In this document: positions 29,586 through 40,355 of the stretch, piece by piece
How positions within the stretch are numbered: position 1 is the stretch's first letter
How the letters are laid out: every line of letters begins with the position of its first letter
Source of the DNA: Cenarchaeum sp.
GTDB lineage: Archaea > Thermoproteota > Nitrososphaeria > Nitrososphaerales > Nitrosopumilaceae
DNA: 64,000 nt
Assembly (NCBI GenBank): GCA_963693095.2
Contig: OY843768.1
Span: 128,001-192,000 of the forward strand
Reading direction: 5' to 3'
The notes under the pieces: model-generated
Databases searched by the model: none
What the model was told of the DNA's origin: nothing
What the model saw: the letters and a program-made list of their open reading frames with translations, nothing else
Program-made: the position numbers and the translations under genes

Positions 29586-30983
29586 CTAGGCGCCGGCTGC
29601 GCACCTGTTCGGACCGGCCTCGAGGTCGGGGATCATTGCGGGGTTTAGCGGCATCGAGCCGCGATTGAAGCGGATTATCATCGAATAGTTTGGCGGCTTT
29701 GGCGGGATCGATGCCGTCACCCTCTTGACAAACTCTGCCCTCTCGGCACCATAGAGCTCGCCTGACTTTAGCGCACCGACGCCGATGCCGTACGAGCCGT
29801 CTGGCGACGGCGTGGCGTCCTCTGACCTGTGTGACGGGAGTATGAGCGTGCCCTCGGGCAGCGCGCCGAGCCTCGAGTGGATTGTGTCATGCAGCTCGCC
29901 GGCGGCGGACTCGGCGTCCTCGTGGAGGTCAGGCCTCCCGACACCGCCGGCAAACGCCGTGTCGCCGCAGAACGCAAGGCTTTCGGTGACATATGCCATG
30001 CTGCCCGGCGTGTGGCCCGGCACGCGCATCGCGCGCAGCTCGCCCTCGCCAAACCGTATCGCATCACCGTCGCCAATGCGCTCGCACTCTATGTCGTATT
30101 TCTCGCCGGCGCTAAGGTAGAGCTTTGCGCCAGTCGATGCCGCAAGCTCCCTTGATGCCGATATGTGGTCTGCGTGGCAGTGCGTGTCGGCGACTGCGAC
30201 GATCTCGGCTCCGGCGTCAGCGGCAATCCTCGCGTACGCGCCGACGGGGTGCACTGCGTCGATGACTGCGGCCTTGGCCCCGCTTGCGACAATGTACGAG
30301 AGGCAGCCCTTGCCGACCTTTTCGACCTGGATGACCTCCACGCTGCCACTCGATATCTTTTTGGGGACAAGAACCTGGCTCCAGCCGGCCATGCCGCCGT
30401 CAAGTGACGTCGACTCTATGCCGTTTCGCGCAAGCGCAAACGTGGCGACCATTGAGCGGTTGCCATGCGAGCATATCGTGACGACCTTTTTGTCCCTCGG
30501 TATGGCATCACACGCGCCCTTTTCAAAGAGCTTTGCCAGCGGCACGTTGACTGCGCCGTCGATCATGTGGGCCGCGCACTCGTCAGGCTCCCTGACATCG
30601 AGGAGAAACACGTCACTGCGGCTCTGCCAGAGCTCGTCACCGGAGATGAGCGGGCTGTGCGAGCCCTTTACGGTCTGGCCTGCCCAGCCGGCCATGCCGC
30701 CCTCGAGGTGGTGCGCGTCGATGCCAAACTGGGCCATCATGCCGGCGTTGCGAGACGACTCTGCCCCGTCGGCGTCGATGAGGACCACCTTTGAGCCGCG
30801 CGGCATCTTTGCCATGATGATCTGCTTTTGCTGCATCGAGCCGCAGCGCGCGTTGGCCGCGCCCCTCACGTGGCCGGCCACATAGTCGTCAGCAGGCCGC
30901 ATGTCGAGTATCATCGTGCCGTCGCCTGCGGCGATGATCGACTCTAGGTCGCCTGCGCTGATTCCCGTGCCCATTGCGGGCAT
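29586..30983 (-). CDS. Double rhodanese plus MBL-fold hydrolase (persulfide dioxygenase-like) fusion
   Basis: LDMRP..Y..GH, LDVREP..E, ICSHGNRS, THCHADH and PGHTPGS motifs. Confidence 0.9.
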   Translation of the reverse strand: MPAMGTGISAGDLESIIAAGDGTMILDMRPADDYVAGHVRGAANARCGSMQQKQIIMAKMPRGSKVVLIDADGAESSRNAGMMAQFGIDAHHLEGGMAGWAGQTVKGSHSPLISGDELWQSRSDVFLLDVREPDECAAHMIDGAVNVPLAKLFEKGACDAIPRDKKVVTICSHGNRSMVATFALARNGIESTSLDGGMAGWSQVLVPKKISSGSVEVIQVEKVGKGCLSYIVASGAKAAVIDAVHPVGAYARIAADAGAEIVAVADTHCHADHISASRELAASTGAKLYLSAGEKYDIECERIGDGDAIRFGEGELRAMRVPGHTPGSMAYVTESLAFCGDTAFAGGVGRPDLHEDAESAAGELHDTIHSRLGALPEGTLILPSHRSEDATPSPDGSYGIGVGALKSGELYGAERAEFVKRVTASIPPKPPNYSMIIRFNRGSMPLNPAMIPDLEAGPNRCAAGA

Positions 30984-31131
30984 GGCGATTCATGCCAAAT
31001 TTAGCGTTTTGCCATGGGCTGCCTGTGGCTTGACGGTATGCGCACACGCGTGCCTGTCCGGGGCCGTCGGCACCGTGCGTGCGCGCGGCTGCGGCGACAC
31101 GATTTTACAAGGCGCAGCCCGTGCGCGCCCC

Positions 31132-32298
31132 ATGCGGCCCGCGCATGTCCTCCTCGTGCTGGCGATCCTGGTGATCCCGTGCGCAGCGTCTGCGCAGATC
31201 ATCTCGCCGGGCGACCCCGTCGAGCCCCCGCGGGGCCAGCAGGGCACGCCTGGCCTTATCCCCGATCCGGTCGGGCGCACCGGCGCACTCTTGCCGACGC
31301 CGACCCCGCAGGGAGGCGCACAGGACGGCCCTGCGGCGCAGGGCCTCTGGGTCTCGCACGCGCGCATGTCAGTCGCGCGCTCTGAGGTCGCCGTCGTCGC
31401 AGTCGATGACACGGTCTACGTTATCGCCGGACTCGACGCTGACGGCCGCGCGACGCGCACGCTGGAGGCATACGACACTGTGTCTGGAACGTGGAGCACG
31501 CGCGCACCGGCCCCCGATGCGCTGCACCATGCGGCCGCCGCGACTGATGGTGCGCTAGTCTATGTCGTTGGCGGATACACGCCCTTTGGCATTCCGTCAT
31601 CATCGCTATACGTGTATGATCCGCTCGATGACTCGTGGTCGTCCGGCCCAAACATGCCAACTGCGCGCGGGGCGCTCGCCGCCGCGTTTGTTGGCACGAG
31701 CCTGTATGCGCTTGGCGGTGCGGCATACGGCAGGGCACTTGACACCGCCGAGGTGTATGACACGTCGACGGGAACGTGGGACACGATCGCGCCCATGCCG
31801 ACTGCACGCGACCATCTTGCGGCAGCCACACTTGACGCGCGCGTGCATGCGATCGGCGGGCGCAACATATCGCTCTCATCGAACACCGGTGCGCACGAGG
31901 CGTACAGTGCGGCACTCGGAGCCTGGGAGGAGCTAGACGGCCTGCCCACGCCGCGCGGCGGGCTGGCCGCAGCGTCCATCGGCGGCAGCATATTTGTCAT
32001 CGGCGGCGAGCAGACGCTCGGGACGTTTGCGCACAACGAGCACTATGTACCCGGCACCGGATGGGCAGCCGCCGAGGACATGCCGACTGCAAGGCACGGA
32101 CTCGGTGCGGCGGCAGCCGGCGAGCGCATATACGCCATGGCCGGCGGCATAGAGCCCGGCGGGGGCGTGAGCGGCCTGGCCGAGTCGTACCGTGACCCCG
32201 TTCACGTGCCCGAGTTTGGCGCAGTTGCGGCAACCATGGCCGTCGCGCTAGGGGCCGCCGCCGCCGCCGGCGCGCTCACTCGCCGAGCACCCCGATGA
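31132..32298 (+). CDS. Secreted Kelch-repeat protein with PEFG-CTERM sorting signal
   Basis: Signal peptide, about six GG..YD..W..MPTAR Kelch repeats, VPEFG then TM then basic tail. Confidence 0.88.
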   Translation: MRPAHVLLVLAILVIPCAASAQIISPGDPVEPPRGQQGTPGLIPDPVGRTGALLPTPTPQGGAQDGPAAQGLWVSHARMSVARSEVAVVAVDDTVYVIAGLDADGRATRTLEAYDTVSGTWSTRAPAPDALHHAAAATDGALVYVVGGYTPFGIPSSSLYVYDPLDDSWSSGPNMPTARGALAAAFVGTSLYALGGAAYGRALDTAEVYDTSTGTWDTIAPMPTARDHLAAATLDARVHAIGGRNISLSSNTGAHEAYSAALGAWEELDGLPTPRGGLAAASIGGSIFVIGGEQTLGTFAHNEHYVPGTGWAAAEDMPTARHGLGAAAAGERIYAMAGGIEPGGGVSGLAESYRDPVHVPEFGAVAATMAVALGAAAAAGALTRRAPR

Positions 32299-33808
32299 CC
32301 TTTCCGGGAATGTCGCCTAGCCTGCTGACTGCAAGGACCCTCTCATAGCCGAGTCCGCGCAGGTTGGCCGCTATTGCAGTCGCGCGCACGACGTCAGGCC
32401 CCAGGCCCAGCGCGCACATTCTCGTTCCGGCCGAGCGCGCCGCGATGACTGACTCGCGAACCGCGCCAGCGTTGGAGGGCTCGCCGTCAGTCATCGTGAG
32501 GAGCGTCTGCGGCCGCTCGATCGCAATCACCCTTGCCATCGTCGCGTACACCTCGGCTAGCGGCGTTGACCCGTTGGCCTCGATCTGGGCCAGGCGCCTC
32601 GCGCAGGGAACGTCCCACCTCTGCGCGGCGCGCTTTATCTCCCAGCACACGACTGACTTTGCTGACGTGCTAAACGCGTATACCGAAAAGCGCGCACGCA
32701 GCAGCGCGAGGACCTCGCAGAGGGCGAGTGCGGCCTTTTTGTACTCGGACTGCGAGGAGGCGATGCTCGAGGAGTGGTCCAGGAGCATCATCACGTCTGC
32801 GTGAATCTCGCGCCGCTCATCGCGCACAAAGGCGCCTTGGGCCGAGCCTGACTCGATGTGCGCCTCGACGTCGAGCTCGTCGCCGCTTGAGGCGTGCGTC
32901 TCTGACCAGCGCGACTTCCAGTCGCGAAACCGCATCTTTAGGCGCGCGATGAGCTCGTGGTCATATATCGAGGACTCGTCGACATCGGTGAGCGGCGGCA
33001 CGCACAGGCCGGCGAACACCTGCTCGCCGCCCCCGCCGGCGATTCCCCTGAGCGACTCGTACTCGCCGAGGATCGCCTCATCGGCAACTGCGGCGCGCAA
33101 TGTCCCCCTTGGGATCCCCATGGCCCCCTCGACTCGCGCAATGGACCTCGGGATGTCATCCTCGCCTAGCGGCATGTCCGGCCTCGACCACGGGAACGCA
33201 ATGGGCACGCTCGCTATGGGGTCGATCTCAAGCTCGCGCAGTATGGCCGGCACTGCGGCCTCTAGGGCATCGGCATCGCCGCCGAGTGCGGCCTCGACTG
33301 CGCCTGAGCCGAGCTCGCCGGCCCTCACGGCAGCGTCGAGCTGCCTCTCGGATATGTCGCCCTTTGTGTCGCCGAACAAAAAGTTCTGCAAAAACGCCTC
33401 GGCTGCCCGTGGCCTGCCATAGACGGAGTTGAGGAGCGGCCTGTACAGCCACTGAAACGCGTGGTTGAATATGACCTCGCCGGCCATGCCGCGCCACTCG
33501 CGCAGTCCGGCGATCTCTGTGCGGCGGACCTCAAGGGCGTTGAGGACAAAGCCAAATGCGTGGTCGCCGCTCATGTCGCGCCCGCCATGGCGCCTCCGCA
33601 TCGCCGCGTGCCAGACGTTGGCCCTGATCTGCCTGTACCTGTCAAGCCCAGAGCCGGAGAGTGACTCCATTGGCGCGACGCGAATGGTCTTGCCCGCGCG
33701 CCACGGCGCCGGCGCGAATGACACGGCGACGCGTCCGTCGCCGGACCAGCAGCGGGCCAGGAACGTGGCGATCTCGGCAGTCGCGCCGGATCCGAGCCCG
33801 TCGCGCAC
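32276..33808 (-). CDS. vWA domain protein (NorD/CbbO-like)
   Basis: LLDHSSS MIDAS, GSTP and MTDGEP motifs; downstream of a MoxR ATPase. Confidence 0.85.
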   Translation of the reverse strand: MRDGLGSGATAEIATFLARCWSGDGRVAVSFAPAPWRAGKTIRVAPMESLSGSGLDRYRQIRANVWHAAMRRRHGGRDMSGDHAFGFVLNALEVRRTEIAGLREWRGMAGEVIFNHAFQWLYRPLLNSVYGRPRAAEAFLQNFLFGDTKGDISERQLDAAVRAGELGSGAVEAALGGDADALEAAVPAILRELEIDPIASVPIAFPWSRPDMPLGEDDIPRSIARVEGAMGIPRGTLRAAVADEAILGEYESLRGIAGGGGEQVFAGLCVPPLTDVDESSIYDHELIARLKMRFRDWKSRWSETHASSGDELDVEAHIESGSAQGAFVRDERREIHADVMMLLDHSSSIASSQSEYKKAALALCEVLALLRARFSVYAFSTSAKSVVCWEIKRAAQRWDVPCARRLAQIEANGSTPLAEVYATMARVIAIERPQTLLTMTDGEPSNAGAVRESVIAARSAGTRMCALGLGPDVVRATAIAANLRGLGYERVLAVSRLGDIPGKVIGVLGE

Positions 33809-34612
33809 CTACTGCCCCCCAAAGATCGACGTTATGATTCCGGCCACCTTTTTGTGCTCGATCTCGCCCCACTGCGCGTACACGTTGCCAAAGACGGTGC
33901 CGGCGGCCTCGCCGGCGGCCATGCCGGACTGCACGAGCCGGCCGTACGCTATGGTCTCGCGCAGGCTCGGCGCGTATGCGAGCTCCTCGACTGCGGCGGC
34001 CTCGCGAAGCGCGCCGGCGAGGCGAATTCCGGCCTTTAGGTCGCCGTCATCGCATCCGGACTCGCCGATGTGGCGCCTCGCGATTGCCTCCTCGGTCTCT
34101 GCCGGCGGGTACTCTAGCCTTATCCTGACCGGAAAGCGGCTCAAGAGCTGCGGCGGGAGCTCCTTTGTTCCGACGTGCGAGAGCGGGTTTATCGTCGCGA
34201 CTGCAAACCAGCCCTCGGCTGCCTTGACTGACTCGCCGGCTGACTCTTTTAGGACGAGCTCGCGCCGGTCGTCGAGTGCCTCATCGAGCCTGAGTAGGAC
34301 ATCGGCCTCGGCTGCGTTGAGCTCGTCGAGGTACATGACGCCGCCGCGCCTCATCGACCTCACGAGGACGCCCTCTGAAAACGCAACGTTGCCGCCCTCG
34401 AGCGTCTTTGACCCAACAAGGTGGCTCTCGCGCGTGCGCAGGCTAAAGTTGGCCGACTCGAGGGCCAGGCCGCGGGCCTGCGCGAACTCGCGCACAAGCG
34501 TGGTTTTGCCTGTTCCCTTGGGCCCGATGACTAGAGCAAAGAGTCCGGCGTCGTGTGCGCGGCCGAGCGTCTCTAGTGAGCCGTTCCAGTCAAGGTATCC
34601 GGCCGTGGTCAT
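33809..34612 (-). CDS. MoxR/CbbQ/NorQ-family AAA+ ATPase
   Basis: GPKGTGKT, YLDELN, ATINP and LLSRF motifs. Confidence 0.9.
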   Translation of the reverse strand: MTTAGYLDWNGSLETLGRAHDAGLFALVIGPKGTGKTTLVREFAQARGLALESANFSLRTRESHLVGSKTLEGGNVAFSEGVLVRSMRRGGVMYLDELNAAEADVLLRLDEALDDRRELVLKESAGESVKAAEGWFAVATINPLSHVGTKELPPQLLSRFPVRIRLEYPPAETEEAIARRHIGESGCDDGDLKAGIRLAGALREAAAVEELAYAPSLRETIAYGRLVQSGMAAGEAAGTVFGNVYAQWGEIEHKKVAGIITSIFGGQ

Positions 34613-34984
34613 GTGCGCGGCGCGGGGAGGGATAGCCAATTAAACCTTGTATCCTGGCCTGCGCAGGCTGCCCTGCACAGGCCTTTCTCGCCGGCCTGGC
34701 ACTCGGGGGACACTCATCAGGCACGTGAGCACGCACCAACACATTTTTCGCCAGGAACTACAGTGCCACAGCGCAGCTCCCGGAGGACGCCATAGATCGC
34801 CTATGTCCTGCGCTGCAGGCTGACCTGGACTATGCGCAACAAGACTCTGCTGATTCCCACACACCGGCGTGCAGGCAGCGTGTTACGCGCGGTCTCAGCT
34901 ATAAATATGTCCACGTGATCTGGGTGGCATGAGATGTGACAGGCGCAGACTCGCACGCGTCACACGTGGGGAGCCGACACTGCG

Positions 34985-36190
34985 TTGCTAGACGTGCGCG
35001 TGAGGCGTGTCGTAGACGCAACGCGTGACATGCCTGCGCTGCGCTCACTTGAGATACGTGTTGGCGACGAGGTGATCGTGACTCCGGCGAGATGCGCAAC
35101 GGGATACGAGATGGACATGAACCCACGCCACGGACTTGGAATCGAGCTCGAGAACCGCGTGGCCGTGTATGCGAGGACAATCTACCGCTATGACACGATC
35201 ATGCTGCTAGCCGATCATGACGGACCGAGGAAATTCGTCGATGGCCTAGCAAAGTTCAACGCGCAGGACGTGCCGCTTCGCGTTTGCTCACTCCAAATTG
35301 GCGACATTGCGATGGGCACACCAAATCCGATACTCGAGTGTAGTGATGCGCAGGATCACCTGGTTGATGCACTTGTTCACTCGCAGATAAAGGCAGGCTA
35401 TGACATTGTGTCCGTGCCGCACATGGGACTAAACCCCGAGCAAGCAAAAAGTACACCACACGTTGATGACGTGCCGTCATCCAACGTAGAGAGCCGCACG
35501 GCACCTGACTGGCTACGAAAAAAGCTCTGGTGCGTAAAGGACGAGATTGAGAGCTGCCACAAGCAGGCGCTCCTCTCGATTGACATGGGGTATTTTGCCT
35601 TTGCCGATGTGCTAGAATACATTGTGGACGAGCTTGAACTAAACATGGTGAACATTCTCTACCGCCCACCCGAGTCAGCTCCTGTGGCCTATAAGTGCCT
35701 CCGGAAATACACGCACAGGAATGTCGCGTTTCTTGCCACCAATATCCCTCACGCAAACCTTGCGGATCGACAGGCCTCTACAATCCACTGCATGCCGTTC
35801 TGGGGCGCTGATCTCATGGCACTGTCCACAACGCGCGGGTTTGGCTATCTGGAGAGAAAGAATGACACGCGCAAGCTGCAGGCCCTTGACAGTTGCACCA
35901 TCGGCCTGCGCCCCGTTTCAGATCATAATGACCTCGCACGCACAATCGCCCTGGAGACTGGCATACGTGATGACTCTAGGGCACGCGCGATTCTTGACGA
36001 GCTGGGGGATGCACCGGATGATCATGGCGCGTATGACCGGATAAACTCGCTCCTGCGGCTCCATGAGCTGCGGGTAAGCACAAGGGAGATGGAGACCCTT
36101 GCGAGTGCCATACTAGAAGACGGGGTCGACGAGTATGTTGGAGATCGCGATAATCTGGCCAGCGTGATTCGTCCACAAATTGCCGCGTGA
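34985..36190 (+). CDS. Hypothetical protein, possible TGT-like TIM barrel
   Basis: 401-aa ORF; the N-terminal R.LEI..G..IVTP resembles the start of tRNA-guanine transglycosylase folds (weak). Confidence 0.6.
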   Translation: MLDVRVRRVVDATRDMPALRSLEIRVGDEVIVTPARCATGYEMDMNPRHGLGIELENRVAVYARTIYRYDTIMLLADHDGPRKFVDGLAKFNAQDVPLRVCSLQIGDIAMGTPNPILECSDAQDHLVDALVHSQIKAGYDIVSVPHMGLNPEQAKSTPHVDDVPSSNVESRTAPDWLRKKLWCVKDEIESCHKQALLSIDMGYFAFADVLEYIVDELELNMVNILYRPPESAPVAYKCLRKYTHRNVAFLATNIPHANLADRQASTIHCMPFWGADLMALSTTRGFGYLERKNDTRKLQALDSCTIGLRPVSDHNDLARTIALETGIRDDSRARAILDELGDAPDDHGAYDRINSLLRLHELRVSTREMETLASAILEDGVDEYVGDRDNLASVIRPQIAA

Positions 36191-36312
36191 GGGACACTGT
36201 GCCCGTATTTTGAGCAACGCTAATAATGAGTCCCACTACACAGCCTGCCAGAGACGTGCGATTGTTGCGCCTTTAGGGCGGGCGGCATCCGTAATGGATC
36301 CGTCCGTCTGTC

Positions 36313-36720
36313 CTATGTGTACATCAAGCTGACGCGTTTATGCAACTCTTCAAACATGGGCTTGCTTGCGTGCCGCTCGATATACGCCACAATGTCGGCT
36401 CCCTGCTGTGCGTTTACGCCAAATGAGCTGTGAAACCTCATTGGGGACATCATCCTGCATCCGGCATGCCTCTCAACGTGCGCGCTAAGGATTCTGGATA
36501 TGTTCTTCCTCGCGCTGTCCATATCGTGGACGATCATTGCCATGGAGTCTCCACCAACTGACTCTAGTGCCCTGTCACATTCTTCCAAAAACCTGTCCCA
36601 TAGATAGTCTCGCATGCCGGTATCCGTGGCATTGTAGACATGTGTGGACTTTTTGCTCAAGCTTGCATGGGCGATCCTCGCATTTGCATCCTTGAGCGCG
36701 TCTAGCACCTCGTTGAACAC
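36313..36720 (-). pseudogene. DUF3800-like fragment
   Basis: C-terminal QGADIVAY motif; in-frame TGA shortly upstream and no clear N-terminus. Confidence 0.35.
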
Positions 36721-36936
36721 ATTCTCATATGGCGGCGGGACTGCGTCTCCAATGTGCCTAATGCGCCCATGCCCTGCTGCGGCACAAGTGGGCGGCCGGG
36801 CATGTCATGTCCTGCAAACCTCGGTGCGCATGGTGTGCCGCCTGCAGCGCCTGCGCGCACGAGATGGGATCATGGGAATATCTGTGATCGGCAGCCCTGG
36901 GCATTTATGGACAGTGTAGCCGTATGGCTGGCGCGA

Positions 36937-38391
36937 CTAGGTGTACTTTGCCATGGCCATGCCGGCCCCGTCGAGGATCTTGTGGAGGTGGCTTCTCCAT
37001 GCGGCAAACCCGTCCGGACTGGACGGAAAGTCGCGATAGTGCGCAGTGAGGAGCTTGTTCTGCCCCGTCGTCGTGCGCAGGCCCGCGGCAAGCCTCCTGT
37101 TGAGCGCGCCACGGATGAGTATGCTGAGGCGGCCAACTCCCCCAAAGTCCGGATGCTCGCCCTTTGATATGGCCTCGACGTCCATGTCGCCCAAAAAGTG
37201 CTTCATGCCATAGTTGATCTGCTCGTTGGTCAGCGTCTGGATGAACCTGCGAAAGACCTCGAGGCCGGCAGTCTTGTACCCATACTCGTCAATGTACTCC
37301 TTGTTGTACTGCCACAGGCCGCCCTCGCCGGTGTCGCCTGACTCTACTGCGGCGACTGCGCACTTGCCGGCGATCGTTCCGGCAATGAGGGCCGGCCCTA
37401 TGCCACCGGCATCAAGAGGCTTTGGCATCCACGCCGAGTCGCCAACTAGCATGTATCCGCCCGAGACGAGGCAGTCATTCTGCCTTCTCACCGAGACCTG
37501 AAAGTTTCCGGTCGCATTGTCCGCATCTACTGCGTCCTCGGACAGGCGCGCGTTCTTTATCGCGCGGTTGCGCGTTACATACTCGTTGATGAGCCCAGAG
37601 ACCGAGTCACTCTTGCCGAGGCGCGCGTTGCGCTTTTCCAAAAGCGTCTTTTCAACACCGAGGCCAATGTTGACCTTGTCCTTGCCCTTTGGAAAGACCC
37701 ACCCGTATCCGCCCGGTGCTATGTCCTGGTCGAGGTGTATTATGCAATAGTCGGGATCAAACTCGGTCTTGTCCTCCTCGCCGCCATCAAAGTACATTAT
37801 GTGGCGCCCCGTCGACTCTACGTCCTTCCTGTCGACCTTTCGCTCTATCTTGTCGGTGTTGCGAACCTGGTTGCGCAGCATCGACGTCATGCCCGTGGTG
37901 TCAACCACAATCTTTGCGCTTTTCCTGTATGACTCGCCGGACTTTGCCCTGCCCTCGACGCCGCAGACATTGTCCCCGTCATAGACGAGGCCCGTGAGGT
38001 TTATCCCAAAGTCAAACTCGACGCCCATCTTTACTGCGCGCCGGTTCTGCTCTTGCGGGAGGAGCTGCCTGTTTAGCATGTATCCCTCGCCGTCAAACGG
38101 TATGGCAGTCTCGCGGTCCGGCGAGAAGGCCATGACGCCCTTTACGGTGTGCTCGATCTCCGGACTGGTCCATTTCACGCCCGTGCGCTCGCTCATATAG
38201 TCGATGGCCTCCTTGCTAACCGCATCGCCGCATATCCAGCCGCTCACGCTCTTGCTGCCGGGCATCCTCTCGGGGCTGCGGTCCACGACTAGGACGCGCA
38301 GGCCCTGCGAGGAGTGCTTTGCGACCGAGTGCGCAACGACGGTGCCGGCGAGGCCGCCGCCGGCAATTATGACGTCATAGTCATGCTCCAT
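36937..38391 (-). CDS. Geranylgeranyl reductase-family FAD oxidoreductase
   Basis: DVIIAGGGLAG, CGDAV, APGGYGWVFPK and LVGDSA..P..GGI motifs. Confidence 0.9.
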   Translation of the reverse strand: MEHDYDVIIAGGGLAGTVVAHSVAKHSSQGLRVLVVDRSPERMPGSKSVSGWICGDAVSKEAIDYMSERTGVKWTSPEIEHTVKGVMAFSPDRETAIPFDGEGYMLNRQLLPQEQNRRAVKMGVEFDFGINLTGLVYDGDNVCGVEGRAKSGESYRKSAKIVVDTTGMTSMLRNQVRNTDKIERKVDRKDVESTGRHIMYFDGGEEDKTEFDPDYCIIHLDQDIAPGGYGWVFPKGKDKVNIGLGVEKTLLEKRNARLGKSDSVSGLINEYVTRNRAIKNARLSEDAVDADNATGNFQVSVRRQNDCLVSGGYMLVGDSAWMPKPLDAGGIGPALIAGTIAGKCAVAAVESGDTGEGGLWQYNKEYIDEYGYKTAGLEVFRRFIQTLTNEQINYGMKHFLGDMDVEAISKGEHPDFGGVGRLSILIRGALNRRLAAGLRTTTGQNKLLTAHYRDFPSSPDGFAAWRSHLHKILDGAGMAMAKYT

Positions 38392-38450
38392 GGATCGCGC
38401 GCCGCCGCTTGATTCTATTTAAAACCATCTTGGGCACCCGCGATGTCGCG

Positions 38451-38900
38451 CTATTGCGGCGCAGAAAGGAGATCGGCGAGGGTCGACTCGGCGTCTGCAC
38501 GCCTGCCATCAGGCGCCCTTATGCGAACGACGACCTCGCCGCCGCGAGGCGCAAACTCGCCGGCAAGCGTTGCGCGCCCCGCAATGAGATCCTGCTTGTC
38601 AAGCCTGACGCTGATGGTTCCGTCATGCAGGCGCGCGCGAACCTCGGCGACGGCGTCTGCGCGCGACTTGCAGCCAAGTGCGGCACGAACGGCTCGCAGC
38701 GCAGTCTCGGCATCTCGCGCCGTCGCGCCCAGGACGGTGATTGCGTTGCCAAAGTGGCCGCGCAGGACAGATCTTGCGGCGGGATCAGGGCTCGCATCGA
38801 GCATGCGATCCAGTGCGGCAGTCACTGCGCCCTCGCTCTCTGTGGCATGCAGTATCGCGCTAACGGATATGCCTGCGCGCCCTGAACCAGCCCGCGCCAT
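38451..38900 (-). CDS. RNA-binding protein (DUF54-like)
   Basis: HATES, GHFGN.I and VRLDKQ motifs; coupled to rps3ae. Confidence 0.8.
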   Translation of the reverse strand: MARAGSGRAGISVSAILHATESEGAVTAALDRMLDASPDPAARSVLRGHFGNAITVLGATARDAETALRAVRAALGCKSRADAVAEVRARLHDGTISVRLDKQDLIAGRATLAGEFAPRGGEVVVRIRAPDGRRADAESTLADLLSAPQ

Positions 38901-39511
38901 CAGGCCTTTAGGAGCGTAATCTGCTCCTCGGCCGTCTTGATGAGCTTTACCTTTTCGAGCCCAACGTGCCTCACGCGCACAATCCTCTTGACTCCGGCCA
39001 TTATCTCCGAGTTTATCGCGTTATAGCACGTTGCCTGGACAAACTGGTCTATGGTCATGCCGGGAATCTTTTTCTCGATGATCTCTCGCACAACGAGGCG
39101 GAGCGCGTGCTTTTTTGACGAGTTTAGCTGGTGCTGCGTGAGGACGATGACCTTTATGCGGAACGTATAGCCGTCCTTCGTCGAGACGTCGGTGATAAAG
39201 TTGACCTTTGAGGAGCCCCTCCTGATGAGGCTGCGCAGGAACTCCTTTGCGTACTCGTATCCCCTGAATATCGTGCGGGCCTCCTCGCCGTCGACCTCGA
39301 CGATCTTGAAGTAGAGCTTGTACTGGTGCTGCGACGCGTCGCCCTTTAGTATGTCATATAACGTCGTCTCGACGACCCTGCCGCCGAGGCTGTCCTCGTC
39401 GGTGATCGGCACATAGGCTACTGGCTCGTTGCCAAACGAGTCTGGCGTGCGCACGGTGACCCACTTTTTCTCACGCCACCGATCCTTTACTCTTCCCTTT
39501 TTGCGAGCCAA
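38900..39511 (-). CDS. rps3ae: 30S ribosomal protein S3Ae
   Basis: KDRWREKKW, GRVVETTLYD and LRSLIRRGSSK motifs; TTG start inferred. Confidence 0.96.
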   Translation of the reverse strand: MARKKGRVKDRWREKKWVTVRTPDSFGNEPVAYVPITDEDSLGGRVVETTLYDILKGDASQHQYKLYFKIVEVDGEEARTIFRGYEYAKEFLRSLIRRGSSKVNFITDVSTKDGYTFRIKVIVLTQHQLNSSKKHALRLVVREIIEKKIPGMTIDQFVQATCYNAINSEIMAGVKRIVRVRHVGLEKVKLIKTAEEQITLLKA

Positions 39512-39797
39512 TTGTGGGCAGGCCTCCTGCGCCTTGTTATAAAGGCATACGGGGCGCGTGGCCTGCGGCCGTGCGCCATCCTCGAGCGCGAACCGCATGC
39601 CATGGACGGCATGACGGCCAGTCGCCGTACAGGGGCGGATCTTGACCAACTGGTTTTATAGGGACTGCTGGCTCGTTTGGGGCGATGAGCGGGGGTTATG
39701 GGGAGGTCGTTTGGCCTTCCGATCATGTGGATTTGGGTCATTTTGGGGCAAAAAACCGGCCAAGAATTATAAAGTACTTGTATGGTAGGGTGTGGTA

Positions 39798-40355
39798 ATG
39801 AAGCCATACAAGGCAATACTGCTGACACTGCACGCCAACGAGGACCTGAGCAACGGTTCTGGTGCCGGCGATATGCCGATCAACCGCACCGCAATGCAAA
39901 AGCTCGTCTATCTCGAGTCACAAAAGCGCCTCTGCGATGCCTCGTACCGCGCCCACTATTACGGACCATATAGCGAGGACGTAGCCGAAGGGCTCATGAC
40001 GCTGTGGGCATTCGGGTATGTGAGAGAAGATGCGCCCAACTATGACACTAGGGCATATACCTACACTCTAGAGTCCGGAGGCCGTAGACTTGGAAAAAAG
40101 CTTGCGTCTGGCGAGCACGATAAAGAGTACGCGGTCATCCGCTCCATCGTGAACACTTGTAGAACACAATGTTCGCTGCAGCAGATAAAACTCTCCCGTG
40201 CTGCTAAAATCCACTATCTGCAAAACGAGCATAAAATGCGTACTCACGACCCTGCAAAATTTGTGACTCTTGGAAAACAGCTTGGCTGGGAATTAAAAAA
40301 GAGAGATATCGGTGCTGGTTTAAAGCTTCTTCAAGCTTTGGGTCTTGCCAACTAG
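39798..40355 (+). CDS. YwgA-like / DUF4065-like winged-helix protein
   Basis: RTAMQKLVYL...YRAHYYGPYSEDV...GYVRE...Y.YTL pattern. Confidence 0.65.
   Translation: MKPYKAILLTLHANEDLSNGSGAGDMPINRTAMQKLVYLESQKRLCDASYRAHYYGPYSEDVAEGLMTLWAFGYVREDAPNYDTRAYTYTLESGGRRLGKKLASGEHDKEYAVIRSIVNTCRTQCSLQQIKLSRAAKIHYLQNEHKMRTHDPAKFVTLGKQLGWELKKRDIGAGLKLLQALGLAN

Noticed and set aside
32276-34612. MoxR-vWA pair as a novel system
   Set aside because: A well-known chaperone pair that is common in AOA.
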